From Macrostomum lignano (Eukaryota), in contig NIVC01003722.1 of the NCBI GenBank assembly GCA_002269645.1, positions 16,578-80,577 on the forward strand: 64,000 nt of DNA, in the 5' to 3' direction. The translations under genes and the position numbers were made by a program. The notes beneath the pieces were generated by a model. It was not told where the DNA came from and ran no database searches. It saw nothing but the letters and a program-made list of their open reading frames with translations. The stretch's first letter is position 1. Each line of letters begins with the position of its first letter. Positions 48,979-60,058 of the stretch are shown one piece after another.

Positions 48979-50541
48979 CAGAGAGTTCTTCACCATCGGA
49001 GCTCGCACACCCACACAGATACTCGTACATACGACGGCACATATTCGCGCAGGGTAGACAAGCGGCATGCATTCATCAAACAATTTGCGGGTGAATTGCC
49101 GTGAAAACAGAAGCTCTGGACGCACAAATACCCGAATCGATCTTCCACCAGGCCTGTGGCTCGGCCTGCTAATCGGCATCTGCATCACGGCTCCGACCTA
49201 CATTTTCCTGCTCTGCCGGCAGGACTGGAACCGCCAGGCTGAGCTGGCCCAGGAGCGAATTCAGGTGGCGGAGGAGCGGCAGCAGGTGTACGACACCGAG
49301 GCCGAGCTGGAGGACTCCGGGCGGTCACCTTCCACCAAGGCTAAGCGGGCCGCCTCTGAAGCCACAGGTGAGCTGATGTTTAACCAATGTGTGCAAGTTC
49401 GCATTACCGTTCGTAGCTCCGAGGATCGGAGATCGCTCAAACAAAGGGGTTGGCAAACTCCGGCCCGCCAAGCCTCTCTATCCGGCCCTCGGGTCTTTGA
49501 AACTTCAAAGTAGCAACCCGACTCAAGGTTTGTGTCTCTTCTCAGCCTTCTCTAGAATCTCCTCTCCCTTCTTTCCTCTCTCCCTTCTCTCTTATCTCCT
49601 TTCTCTCCTCTCCCTTCTCTCTTCTCCCCTTACTCCTCTCCCCTTCTCTCCTCTCCCTTCTTTCCTCTCCCTTCTCTCCTCTCCCCTCTCTCTTCTCCCC
49701 TCTCTCTTCTCCCCTCACGTTCTCTTTTCCCTTTTCTCTCTTCTCCCTTCTCCCTTCTCTTCTTTCCCTTCTCTTCTCTCCGTTTTCTCCTCTCCCTTCT
49801 CTCCTATACCTTCTCGAATCTCTTGTCCCTTCTCTTTCTCTCTCCTCTCCTTTCTTCTCCTCCCCCCCCCTGGCCCGCAGTCATACGCTAGATTCTCCAT
49901 CTAGCCCTTCCTTGAGATAAAAAGTTTCCAGTCCAACCCCTACTCAAACCCATCGGCGCAGAGCCATTTAAGAATTGATTGAACCAAACTGTGGCCCGTG
50001 GAGCTGCTGTAGCAGAAATTTGTGAGCCGGCAATTAAGCGCCAGAATGCAAGAACCAGAAGTGATGCTCCGGACTATCTGCGGTACGCCCGATCAGTCAA
50101 TTGAATTACTGTATCACATGGGAGTCAAGGCTTTCTAAGCGACTCCCAAATCCTCCAAAATCCCCTCGTCCGCTGCCCTCCGCAGCCCTCCTGGACGACT
50201 CGCCTGGTGCAAGACGCCTGTCAACGGCATCAGCAGGCGGCGGCAGGCGTCACAGGCGGCGGATGCCGAGCAACCCGGCATTCGTGAGCAGCATCCGGGT
50301 GGTGCCGCTGCGCGTTAAGCCGCACGCTAGCGATCCAAAAAAGATCTGGCGCATGGCCCTGACCCGACTGGCTATCGGGCTGGCCTGCCTCGGCATCCTG
50401 CTGATTGGCGTGATCGGCCGAGTCGCCACCCAGAACGTCTACTACAATGGCAACGGCGGCGGTAGCTTGAATGAGACTACGACGGCGAATTCAACGGCGA
50501 TAGAGTTGACAACTGTGGTGGTGGCTGCTTTGGCGAATTGA
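36360..50541 (+). CDS. SLC47A: MATE-family multidrug and toxin extrusion transporter (SLC47-like), 639 aa, 12 exons
   Basis: Exons 36360-36533, 36978-37079, 38863-38980 (CDTLFSQSYGS), 39250-39349, 39824-39866, 39955-40097 (RYLQNQ), 47460-47671 (TWNGW...FLKLALPG...ETFCWE), 47884-47951 (ELGAQS), 48038-48222 (RVGQSLGA), 48681-48883 (GALRGCGRQ), 49152-49367, 50186-50541 (13th TM). Total 1920 nt in frame. Confidence 0.9.
37250..38780. repeat. 22-bp minisatellite (GAGGCAGATTCTCAATAATAAT)n grading into (GAGGCAGATTCTTAAGGGCGGA)n
   Basis: MATE intron 2. Confidence 0.93.
39385..39775. repeat. Degenerate GAGAGTCAGG minisatellite (same family as 32815-34050)
   Basis: MATE intron 4. Confidence 0.85.
40170..40967. 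repeat. 36-bp minisatellite (CCCGAGTCAAAGACACTCACCCTATGGATACTTACT)n and degenerate units; left flank of the retrotransposon
   Basis: Unit read directly. Positions 40568-40967 are duplicated at 46727-47126. Confidence 0.93.
41080..44784 (-). CDS. ORF2 polyprotein: AP endonuclease, reverse transcriptase, RNase H, C-terminal CCHC
   Basis: APE motifs LVQEPW, GDINAHH..WGS, SDH. RT motifs PQGGVLSP and YADD. RNase H motifs YTDGS, NEVLAI, SDSQAAL, WIPGHAGFPGNELAD. Zinc knuckle CPFC...H....C. No stops. Confidence 0.95.
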   Translation of the reverse strand: MISNQGIHCLQINLQHCVAASVNLMRYAELDKPGLILVQEPWTLRGKPQNAPAGYNCFYTYPREANQPPRACIFASKTLSAWLRSDLSNRDICVIQSEDLLPGKTTLIASVYLPGDAAVVPRALATLVELCSAKNYELMVAGDINAHHTHWGSTGINQRGEDLLAYVASTTLEFCNSGSTPTFDNGRWSEVIDATLATPRLYQSIGAWRVLPVSSLSDHKFISFNLMAARSATRVMWRRNARNTDWETFGLALKEFHRSPGQPFTITSCREADECATVLTETLTAAFEASCPLKAYKGKKSAPWWNPELGNLRRRAKRLHRRATKTKSPADQTAYHEAIHEFKRQVRNAKAQKWRQYCEELEGSRPTSRVVKALTLDKMSKLSSVKRTDGTSTDNPGETLDVMLTAFFPNEPANQTTPDHSEGGHALAASIITEDRIVRAANSFKPFKAPGPDGIVPALLREAVKCPGFLRKLCSLLRACITLGYVPQAWTEAKVIFIPKPGRPDYHSIKSFRPISLTSSLVKLMERLVLWRLLSVELKNKPLSENQHAFRAGRSTESALHVLVDKLEKAVLGSGFALGIFLDIIGAFDNVLFEAFRRALCERLTHSHLTRWIMYMISHRTATASLLGYQRTVPVCKGSPQGGVLSPVLWNMVIDELLRDVRPDPILKVGYADDVTAVASGPSPDTLRDLLQNFIYAAEQWADRCGLRLSETKTAAIMFTSRTKWQIRPLTLYGREIPFCKQTKCLGITLDHRLNWSPHVQTKAKKAFAVLAQLRRAVGTTWGLTPKRLWWIYTAMVRPAISYGGLIWASALQIKTCLEALRRAQGRACRTIMSAPPSAPYDGLNAFLNIPPLDIFVRREAAKTARRLADAGIRIQPHRAMAKRKLLPHADLCLKDLRDSGGLHVLSDGEPRTLNLFQRYKVTIPSRDAANDHWNFQEVHCYTDGSIKDGRAGFGVCIIINGRVIATHAQHTGRLSTVFQNEVLAISSCAAELNAKVTRGKTIVIHSDSQAALQALCHTTTNSRTVADCARQLNLLARSNTVRLKWIPGHAGFPGNELADTLAKRGGSGSFFGPAPLVPMPLTVINRQIDDWADSLHRDRWAGTQNCRQSRAAVPCPSHRLRNILLNQNRKDIRALVMTLTGHGYLARHCFLRGDLESEICPFCECDNEDAQHFVCHCPFFNRDRLRYLGPNPSIDEVCQPDSIPRLIQFLRATRRASFFPTEDHAAGRTGGPP
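44787..46252 (-). CDS. ORF1 (DUF4780-like, no zinc knuckle), split by a 1-nt frameshift near 45955-45960
   Basis: The N-terminal frame (MASSASLTP...ATPAP) and the C-terminal frame (PQDTTPAG...NYASKVKL...IWCSSEES...FRVWIP...) overlap at a C homopolymer. The DUF4780 resemblance is from memory of LOA-clade ORF1 motifs. Confidence 0.7.
46727..47240. repeat. Right flank: duplicated 400 bp of target minisatellite plus further degenerate units
   Basis: Matches 40568-40967 base for base by eye at offset 6159. Confidence 0.92.
48915..48980. repeat. (GA)n microsatellite
   Basis: MATE intron 10. Confidence 0.95.
49540..49870. repeat. CT-rich low-complexity tract
   Basis: MATE intron 11. Confidence 0.85.
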
Positions 50542-51351
50542 AATACTACAATATAGTTAGATCAGACACTTATTAATGTTTATTGACAGATGAACGCCTC
50601 ATATTCTATTCCAATTATGGATTTTAATGCTGGAGGCTCTTTCACACACTGTTGTATTTTTTAGCAGTGCAAAGCGACGAAAAAGTAAATGTATGCAAAG
50701 TTGGCCTTATTTAATTGCGATGTGAACGAGTCTCTCGTACACTAGACAGCATTGTTTAGTTAGAAAACTTCTTTTTCTTCTTCAAGTGATCAAATACCGT
50801 ATTGAGCCAACTTGAACACTATCTCTTGTTCAGTACGGTGCTGCTCTGTGGCCATTTTATAAATGTATAAAAACGAGTGATATACTATAACGCTAAAAAT
50901 ATAAAGACGTCCGCCTTAATCTGGCTTGAATATAAGCCTTTGTTAATCCACATCGATTTTTATGCACAAAGGATAAATAAGACTACGTCGACCATTTAGT
51001 TTAATGCTATTGCGCAGAGACGCGTCAGCGCGTGAGTCACAAAAGGCCCAATTTGCACACCGAGAGCTAAAAATAGATCCGGGCCAGTGCGACCATTCAC
51101 CCATCAATGTACAGACAGATTCAGTCAGGTTCTAAAAATAGACACAAGAGAGGAAATCCCTCTCCGCAGTTGGGCGGCCTGGGGGCTCCATGACTGCTTT
51201 TCAACCTCTGCCAGCGTGGCAGAATCCAAACAAGAAACAGTATTTAAGCTGGATTTACAGCCAGCGCGCACACCAAGAAGGCATACGCAGGCAAGATCTG
51301 CTACGCAGAAATCAACAATCGCTTTAACGAGGAGCAATTACCAAAGAGTTC

Positions 51352-52008
51352 ATGGACTACGACTATCTGTTTAAGCTGGTGCTCACTGGCTGCAGTTCAG
51401 TAGGTAAGACCAGCCTGCTTCATCGATTCATGGACGACGAATTCCTGACCGTGGGCATACCGACAATCGGCGTCGACTTCCGCATCAAGCAGGTGAACAT
51501 CGATGGTCAGCAGGTGAAGCTACAGATCTGGGACTCGGCTGGTCAGGAGCGCTTCCAGGCGCTAACCAGACAGTATTACCGAAATGCGAGCGCGCTCTGT
51601 GTGGTCTATGACGTCACCGACTACACCAGCTTTGAGCGGGTGGCCGACTGGCTAGCCGAATTCGAGCTGTACGGCTGCACGGGGGCGCCAAAGTACCTGG
51701 TTGGCAACAAGAACGACCTGCCCGAGGCTCGGCGCCAGGTACCCCGTCAGCAGGCTGAGGAATTTGCCAACAGACGCGGCCTGATCTTCTTCGAGACGTC
51801 GGCTCGCACGGGTGAACACGTGCAGGACATGTTCCTTGGCATTGCGGAGGTCCTGCTGGGCATGGCCAAGAGGCAGGAGCTGCTGCCTCTGAACCGAGGC
51901 GCCGGGGCAGCGCCCAAGCTGCCCGGTCCGGCCACCCGGCCAGTGGGGGTGCCGTCCACTGTCCGACTTGGACAGAAGATTCAAGGTGCTCTGTCCTGCT
52001 GCCAGTGA
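51352..52008 (+). CDS. Intronless Rab-family small GTPase (Rab1/Rab35-like, divergent)
   Basis: YDYLFK, GCSSVGKT, PTIGVDF, WDSAGQE, GNKND, ETSA; C-terminal CCQ prenylation motif. Confidence 0.9.
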   Translation: MDYDYLFKLVLTGCSSVGKTSLLHRFMDDEFLTVGIPTIGVDFRIKQVNIDGQQVKLQIWDSAGQERFQALTRQYYRNASALCVVYDVTDYTSFERVADWLAEFELYGCTGAPKYLVGNKNDLPEARRQVPRQQAEEFANRRGLIFFETSARTGEHVQDMFLGIAEVLLGMAKRQELLPLNRGAGAAPKLPGPATRPVGVPSTVRLGQKIQGALSCCQ

Positions 52009-52073
52009 CACTAGCCAATGAATCAATGGTAGAGACCGTGACTTAATTACACTCTATGTGCTCTTATTGTGAA

Positions 52074-52401
52074 CAGGGGCGTCGCCACCGGGGGGGGGGG
52101 GACATGTCCCCCCAGTAAAAGTTATGGGGCGGACATGCCAATTCTTTGTCCACCACGTACCCACCTTTGTTGACCGTTATGGAAATCAATAATTTTGCTT
52201 TATGGAGACAAAACATAGTGCCTGCAGCACCAAAATGAGTGCCTGCGGTGCCAAAATGAGTGCCTGCGGCGCTAAAATGAGCGCTGACAACACTGATTCC
52301 CCCAATAGTGTACATGTAGGAATTTAGTCATGTACACGTACAAAACGAATTCTTGGCTTTGTCCCCCGGTCCCCACCATAAAATACATGGCGACGCTCCT
52401 G
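52074..52401. mobile_element. hAT-like MITE, copy 2 (short)
   Basis: TIR CAGGGGCGTCGCCA ... TGGCGACGCTCCTG, perfect 8-bp TSD ATTGTGAA, about 3 units of the 21-bp internal repeat. Confidence 0.85.
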
Positions 52402-53105
52402 ATTGTGAACATTCTATCATACCTGGTCTATCATGTGTTAATAAATTCATCGCAGAAATTGTGTTACTTATATTGTACTACTATACATACAAATATAAAC
52501 TACGACTAAAATTACTGTCTTTGTTCCGTTCGAGCGATTAAAGTTGTACAATGGCGCGGCCTTTATTTACTATTTGATACCATTGCAAATTTACATGAAG
52601 CTATACATGTAGCTTTCGCTATGCCTGCTGGAACGCATCATACTTGTAGCAACAAATTTTGTATACTCAACCAAGAACTCACTTTTTTAGTCAAAATAGC
52701 TACGCAAATGTTAGCTCGGCAAGTCATGCTTTATGTATATTTCGTACAGAACAGAGCAAATGCTTTAATAAGTATCAGATATAAAAATGGTCACATTAAA
52801 GTGCCACATTTCTCAACTTAATCTGAGCCTGAATGCTCACAGCATAAACCACAGATTCTAATATCTGAGTCTCTGTGGCCTAGTAAACCTCGGGGTTTGG
52901 GCCACAGACATCAGCTGTTGCTGCAGAAGCTGTAGCTGTAGCATAGCTCGTAAACACCATAGTGGAAGCCAATTCACGGTCAATGGTCTATGGTGCTAAA
53001 ACCCTGGATTTGACCTCCACTAAATAATGCAATTTGGCTGACTGAGATACACACAGAGAAATGCAGTAGTGACTACTATATAGTAGGAATACTAGCAGCA
53101 GCGGG

Positions 53106-56100
53106 TCACAGCACGCTAACAGGATCGGGCACAGCCGGCAGGCGGCCAAACTCCGAAGCGGCCCGATTGCGCAGGCTGGCCAGCCCCAGCCGGTGGTACA
53201 GGTGCGCCAGCAGCAGACAGCAGAGCCGCTGACGGCCTACGCAGCCAATCGCGCGGAAGCCTCGCCTAGCGGCCAGAAGCCGGCGTACAGCAGCCCGGAG
53301 CCGGTCCAGAGCCGACAGGGCCTGGGCTTCCAGCAGCAGCAGTCGGGCGCGCAGGCACAGCGACGCCTGCGACATCAGGTAGCATCGGCCGGGCGCCAGT
53401 TCGGCCAGGGCGTCGGCCGGCCGGCCGGAGGCGTGCAGAGCGGCAGCCTGGTACAGGCGAATCAGCGGGTCCAAGTTGAACAGGCGGTCGCCAATCAGCT
53501 GGCGGCACTGAGCCAGCTCTGAGTAGATCAGGCTCGGGCACCGGCCAATAAGCGCCGCTTCGCACAGCAGCAGGCGCGCCCTGACGGCCAGAGCGGCAGC
53601 CGGGGTGCCTTTGTCGGAGCTGAGCAGGGCCAGGGCCTGGCCGCACAGGCTGTGAGCAGTGTGCAGGTTAGCCAGGCCGAGCTGGGCGACAGCCCGCTTC
53701 AGCAGCGAGTCGGCCGCTATGCAGGCGTCGCCACCGTCGCCAAGCTGTTGGACATCGGCGGCGGCGGCCAAGGAGGCGGCGCGGGCGTGATCAGAGCTGA
53801 ATAGGGCACGCTGGAACTGCAGCTCCCGTCTGGCCGTGTCCAGCGCCTGGGTTAGCGGGGAGCGCAGCTCGCGCAGATTGCGCTGCAGGCTATCCAGCAG
53901 GTCGCTGGCCAAGTCTGAGGCGCCCTGACAGCGGAAGTGTAATCAGGGACGCTTGATCATTGAGTCAGGTGACTTCTGCTACCCTCCATCTATTCACCCT
54001 CCATTTGCTACCCTCCATCTATTCACCCTCCATTTGCTACCCTCCATCTATTCACCCTCCATTTGCTACCCTCCATCTATTCACCCTCCATTTGCTACCC
54101 TCCATCTATTCACCCTCCATTTGCTACCCTCCATCTTTCCACCCTCCTTTGCTATTTTCCATCTATTCACCCTCCATTTGCTACCCTCCATCTATTCACC
54201 CTCCATTTGCTACCCTCCATCTATTCACCCTCCATTTGCTACCCTCCATCTATCCACCCTCCTTTGCTACCATCCATCTCTCCACCCTTCATTGCTACCC
54301 TCCATCCACCCTCCGTTGCTACCCTCCATCCACCCTCCGTTGCTACCCTCCATCCACCCTCCGTTGCTACCCTCCATCCACCCTCCATTGCTACCCTCCA
54401 TCCATCCTCTGTTGCTACCCTCCATCCATCCTCCGTTGCTACCCTCCATCCACCCTCCGTTGCTACCCTTCATCCATCCCCGTTGCTACCCTCTACCTAC
54501 TTCAGTCACTCACCTGTTCGCCCAGTTGGACAGCCAGTTGAGCAGCTGCCACAGCCACGGACTCATTGAGCAGCGGAATGCCTCTCTCGGACAGGTCAGT
54601 TAGCAGCAGCACCTGGGCCAGCACGCTGGACACGCTGTGCAACCCGAACAGGTGACAGGCCGACAGCACCTGCTGCACAGTGGATGCAACAATCAGTTTA
54701 GGCTTGCCGGCAGCCCCGGCCTTGTCCAGCAGGATGCGGGCGAGGACGCCGCGCAGCGGAACTGGGCAGGACAGCAAACGGCGAGCGTCCGAACGCATCT
54801 GCGACAGAGCCAGCTCGGCCGGGGATCTGGCCTGCGGGCGGACGGGGAATTATTCAGTGTTTCTAAATCGGGATTTCCCAGATGTCTCTAATCGGGATTT
54901 CCCAGACATCCTCAATCGAAATCGGGATTTCCCAAATGTCCCTAATCAAAAAAGGGATTACCCAGACATCCCAATAGAATATGGATTTCCCAGATGTCCC
55001 TAATCGAAACCGGGATTTCCCAGATGTCCCCAATCGAAATCGGGATTTCCCAGATGTACTTTATCAAAATTGGGATTTCCCAGGCATCCCTATTCAAAAT
55101 CGGAATTTCCCAGATGTCCCGAATCAAAATTGAGATTTCCCAGATGAAACTTATCGAAATTGGGATTTCCCAGATGTCCATAATCAAAATCGGAATTTCT
55201 CAGATGTCCCAAATCAAAGTCAGGATTCCCCAGATATACCTAATCAAAACCGGGATTCCTCAGATGTCCCTAATTGAAATCGGGATTTTTTAGATGTCCT
55301 CAATTGAAATCAGGATTTCCCAGATGTAACTTATCGAAATTGGGATTTCCAAGATGTCCCTAATCAAAATCGGGATTTCTCAGATGTCCCTAATTGAAAT
55401 CGGGATTCCCCAGATGTTCCTAACTGAAATCGGGATTTCCCAGGCTTCTTGAGTATAATCGGAACATTTGCAGGAAAGCCACGCTACTCACCCTATCGGG
55501 ACCGGCCTCGCCCCTGGCCAAGCAGTGCAGCAGGGCTTCCTTAAGCGGCATCTGGGCCTCGTCTCTGAAACCGAAATAGTGCATCATAGACGCCAGCGCC
55601 ATCACGTCGTAGGCGTTGCCTAAACCGCCATCGCCGCGTTCGCCGCGCAAATCGAAATAGGCGCGCAGATGGCGCTCAGCGCCGGTCCGATCGCGCTGGC
55701 GGACAGAATTGAGATAGCGCAGGAACAGCAGCGAGTCCAGGCCCGGGTGCAGGCTGCACAGCCGGCTTAGCCGCTCCTCCAATTCGTTAGGATCGGCCGC
55801 TTCAGATGGATTGTGCTCAAGTAGGAAGGCCTGCTCAGCAACCAGAGCCTCAGCTCGGCGCCTGTCCAGTTGCCAGGCGTCAGGCTCGTCCTCAGGCAGG
55901 AACCGATTCGTGTCCAGCAGGCCGTGCGTGTGAAGCTCCTGGCGTGGGGATGGTTTTACAGTGCTGCACTCTTGGCTGCCCAGCAGAGTCATAGGTGAAT
56001 GCATGTCTGCTATTCTTTGTCTACCTTTCTGAATTTTCCCAATTCCTTAATCTAATTCAGTTCTTTGGTTCCCCTGGTTGGTTAAACCCGACCCATAACC

Positions 56101-57905
56101 CTACCCTAAACCCGCCCCATAACCCTACCCTAAACCCGCCCCATAGCCCTACCCTAAACCCGCCCCATAACCCTACCCTAACCATAACCCTACCCTAAAC
56201 CCGCCCCATAGCCCTACCCTAAACCCGCCCCATAACCCTACCCTAACCATAACCCTACCCTAAACCCGCCCCATAGCCCTACCCTAAACCCGCCCCATAA
56301 CCCTACCCTAACCATAACCCTACCCTAAACCCGCCCCATAACCCGCCCCATAACCCGCCCCATAGCCCTAACCTAAACCCGCCCCATAACCCGCCCCATA
56401 GCCCTACCCTAAACCCGCCCCATAACCCGCCCCATAGCCCTAGCCTAAACCCGCCCCATAGCCCTACCCTAAACCTCTCAACCCCTTTTCCATTTCGGCA
56501 CGCACCACCTCCTCATTCTGCCTCCTTCGGAGGTCGTCCGGCCCCGGGAAAGTGTCGTTAGCGTCCACGCTGCCGTAATAGTACATCCGCAGTCGGCCAA
56601 CAAAGTTATAGGCCTGGGCAAACGTCCTAGACTGGAACGCGTACACAACTTTGCGCATGAAAGCACCGCACACGCTGCTGGGCGACAGGCCGGGACCGCC
56701 GTTGCCGCCGCCGCGAACTTCGTCTCGGTAAAGCGAATTAAGCGCCTGAGAAGACAGGTAGGTCTCCAGCATGTGGAACGGGCTGCGCGTCTCTTTGGCC
56801 GGCTGCTTCATGAAGAATTGACGGATGCGTCTGTCCACCTGGTGGATTTGGTTACAGTTGGAATATTAAGTTGATAGACAGCAGACAAGAGAACTGACAG
56901 CTTTCCCGACCCACTTTGCGAGCTATAGTACTAGCTAACTACTGCAATATATAACTAGTTAGGTAAGTAACTGAATAATTAGCTAACTAACTAGCCAACT
57001 AACTAACTAGCTAACTAACTAACTAACTAATTAACAAGCTAACTAATTAACTAACTAATTAATTAACTAACTAACCAACTAACTAACCAACTAATTAACT
57101 AACTAACCAACTAACTAACAAACTAATTAACTAACTAACTGACTAACTAACCAACTAACCAACTAATTAACTAACTGACTAACTAGCTCCTCGTAACTAA
57201 CTTTTTCCAACGGAAAATCATCGATAACCACGGATACTATGATAACTAGATTGGTCACATAGCCATATTTGCATACTGGACAATTTCTCTACTTTCAGCT
57301 CAGTAGCGAGGAAGAATGTGTAAGCTGGCCCAGATAAGAGGCTAAGAAGGATAAGAGGCCCAATAAAACGATTACTGTCTTTGAATAAATCAATTCCCAA
57401 CAGACTATTTCTTTATTCAATCATAGATGAGACTCACCTGCTTGCACAGGGTCGGCTTCATCACAGCCCGACCGCGCGACATCAGCGTCTCCATAGGAAA
57501 CAGCTGCTCAGCATCCAGCTGATCCAGAATGAAGTTAAACAGTTCGAATTTCTCTAATGGCGTTCGAGCTAAGCCGGAGTCTTGCTGCTTCTGCTGCAGG
57601 CCCATCGCCGAAAGGCCGCTTGTGTCGGCGCCTCCCGCTCCGTCTGACATCATCGACACGGAGGCCAGCTGCGAGCCGTCCAGCGCGCAGCCGCTAGTGG
57701 TGTGGCACAGCTGCAGATACTCTCTAATGATGACAAACATGCACACATTGTGCGGAGTCAGATACTCCTGATAGGTCTCGGCCGCTCTAGCCAGATCGTC
57801 TTCGCTGTGCAGCTGCGCGGCCGCCGCCGTAGCAGCCGGATCGTGGTCGCCGAAACCGCCGACGCCGCCGCCGGCGACGCTGGCAGTGCCGCCGCTGAGA
57901 AACAT
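53106..57905 (-). CDS. ANAPC5: Anaphase-promoting complex subunit 5
   Basis: Exons approximately 57905-57438 (EYLTPHNVCMFVII), 56838-56506 (SVCGAFMRKVVYAF..RTFAQ), about 55990-55492 (AEALVAEQAFLL...RYLNSVRQRD...HLRAYFD), 54831-54514, 53924-53106 (TPR-like). The motifs match APC5 from memory; the exon 3 acceptor is unresolved. Confidence 0.8.
53975..54495. repeat. 29/24-bp C-rich minisatellite (CCATCTATTCACCCTCCATTTGCTACCCT)n
   Basis: ANAPC5 last intron. Confidence 0.9.
54860..55445. repeat. 30-bp minisatellite (ATCGGGATTTCCCAGATGTCCCTAATCGAA)n
   Basis: ANAPC5 intron. Confidence 0.88.
56085..56475. repeat. About 23-bp repeat (CCCTACCCTAAACCCGCCCCATA)n
   Basis: ANAPC5 intron 2; G-tract-rich on the minus strand. 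Confidence 0.88.
56985..57185. repeat. (CTAA)n-like AT-rich microsatellite
   Basis: ANAPC5 intron 1. Confidence 0.88.
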
Positions 57906-58742
57906 GAAGAGAGCCGACTGTAAGCAGCACTAACTATTGTCTTTCTTTCAATCTCTTTAACTGTTGGCTCAGTGAGAGTGTTTGACAGCAGGAAATCAAT
58001 GAGGAGACACTGATGCTTTTTATATTTAGTTTACCGGTTTTCGAAAGTCGAAAACCAAGCCCACTCGGCACCTTGACTTCCATATACTAAAAATGGTCTG
58101 TCGGTATCTATCTATCTAGGTATGTAGGTATGTGATCGATTTTGTCACGTGACTGCCCCGACCCAATAACGACTTTATTAATCCTGGAAGGGCTTAAATG
58201 CTCATTGGATTGCCAAAGAGTGTCAGCCGATATGTAGCGTTAATAATTTACGTTTCTTGGAAATTCCTAGGAGGCAGGTTTTACCGAAAAAAGACATTAA
58301 GGAGAATGGAGGTTTTCATTTTTCGGCACAAAATTTGCAATTGATTTTGATAGTAGACAGTAGATCCTACCTACAAGTCCCGTGCCTAAAAATCATAAAA
58401 ATAACACTGCTCAACTCATTGGTTTTATGAATCGAGACAATAATAAATTTTAAGAGGCTCTCGTCAAACTGAAAGCCAGTGTTTGACAAAAAACATATGA
58501 TAAAAATAGGCACTTTTATTTCCTATTAACAAACAAAAATGAACAATGCAATAGTTAGTTTCAATATCAAGGCAACAAATAAATAAACTAATAAATTATA
58601 GCTGGGACGGAGATATCTCGCCTATTTAAGTGGAGATTTAACTCGTCTATAAAACAGAACGAAATCTAAAATCTGCAGTTTTAAGATTTGGCTTTATCAG
58701 CGCTAGAAATATGTGGAATGTCCCGGATTTCCTCATTATTAA

Positions 58743-59225
58743 TTAATTATCCTCCTGCTGTCCCTGTTTGGCAGTCAGCCGGTCCAAGAATGCCGCATTT
58801 GCCGCGCGCATCTCCTCGCGCCGGCGCTTCTCAGCAACGCCGCCAGCAGCGGCGCCACCGCGCCCAGCGCCCGAAGTTCGCGCAGGAGGCGCGCGTCGAA
58901 CAGACGGCGAAGCGGCTGGCGCCACCGACGGGCCGCCGGGCGCCAATCGACGCAGATTCGACGACTTCGCGGCGCCGCCAGCACTAGAAGTCGTTGCGTT
59001 TGTCGACGCCCGAGTCGTTGTTCTAGCGCCGACTGTTGGCGCCGGCGCCTGTCGCGGCGCCACCGTAGGCGCCAAACGAACGCCGCGACCAGGAAATCCG
59101 GGAGCTGAAGATGAGGCGGCAGCGGCCGTCCGACTGGGCCTCTCTGAGGAAGCTGGAGCGGCGGCGGCTGCCGGCCGATGCAAACTGACAGCACCGCCTG
59201 AGCGTCCCGAGCCGCGCGAGGCCAT
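58743..59225 (-). CDS. Intronless 160-aa Ala/Arg-rich protein of unknown function
   Basis: GC-rich ATG-to-TAA ORF in AT-rich surroundings. The C-terminal EKRRREEMRAANAAFLDRL loosely recalls the CFAP97/KIAA1430 motif (unverified). Confidence 0.5.
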   Translation of the reverse strand: MASRGSGRSGGAVSLHRPAAAAAPASSERPSRTAAAASSSAPGFPGRGVRLAPTVAPRQAPAPTVGARTTTRASTNATTSSAGGAAKSSNLRRLAPGGPSVAPAASPSVRRAPPARTSGAGRGGAAAGGVAEKRRREEMRAANAAFLDRLTAKQGQQEDN

Positions 59226-59339
59226 GACCGGAAGCGAATAAGCTTGAGCATTTTAGATCCTGATATCCATCATAACCATAGCCATAATAATCTAGGTGGC
59301 GACTCGTTAATTTAAAATTTCTAACACAACCATACTTTA

Positions 59340-59790
59340 CAGTATCCTACAGCCTTATCAGCAGCCCCAGCATCTTACAGCCTCATCAGCAGCCCCAGCA
59401 TCCTACAGCCTCATCAGCAGCCCCAGCATCCTACAGCCTCAACAGCAGCCCCAGCATCTTACAGCCTTATCAGCAGCCCCAGCATCCTACAGCCTCAACA
59501 GCAGCCCCAGCATCTTACAGCCTTATCAGCAGCCCCAGCATCCTACAGCCTCATCAGCAGCCCCAGCATCCTACAGCCTCAACAGCAGCCCCAGCATCCT
59601 ACAGCCTCATCAGCAGCCCCAGCATCTTACAGCCTCATCAACAATTCCAGCATCCTACAGTCCAGTCCCATCAACAGCCTCAGCATCCAAAAATATATCA
59701 ACAGCCTTAGAATCCCAGTCTCAGCAACAATTCCAGCATCCTACAGTCCTATAAACAATTCCAGCATCCTACAGTCTCAGCAAAAACTCC
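59340..59790. repeat. 28-bp minisatellite (CAGCATCCTACAGCCTCATCAGCAGCCC)n
   Basis: A related degenerate array occurs at 62055-62290. Confidence 0.87.
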
Positions 59791-60058
59791 ATCACACACT
59801 GTTGGTAGTTCCCAGAATAAATGATGACTAGAAATTATCAAATAAGAAATAAAGCCGATTAGCATGAATTTATAGTTAGGCAACAAAATTATATTTCATA
59901 ACAAACTATAAACAGCAAGACTGAGAAAAGTACAAATTTCAGGTACAGGTAACTGTAGCAATAAGTTTCTAGCAGCAATAAATTCAGCAGTTAATTGGCT
60001 TCTTTTTAAGACAATTAAATGCACTATTTTAATTTAAAAGTACAACGTTATAGCGAAA

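Noticed and set aside
56085-56475. True telomeric or interstitial (TTAGGG)n tract
   Set aside because: Hexamers are isolated within a longer 23-bp unit, not tandem.
57218-57400. Extra ANAPC5 exon or nested gene
   Set aside because: Exons 1 and 2 already join in frame with APC5-like continuity, and this ORF has no ATG start or convincing splice sites.
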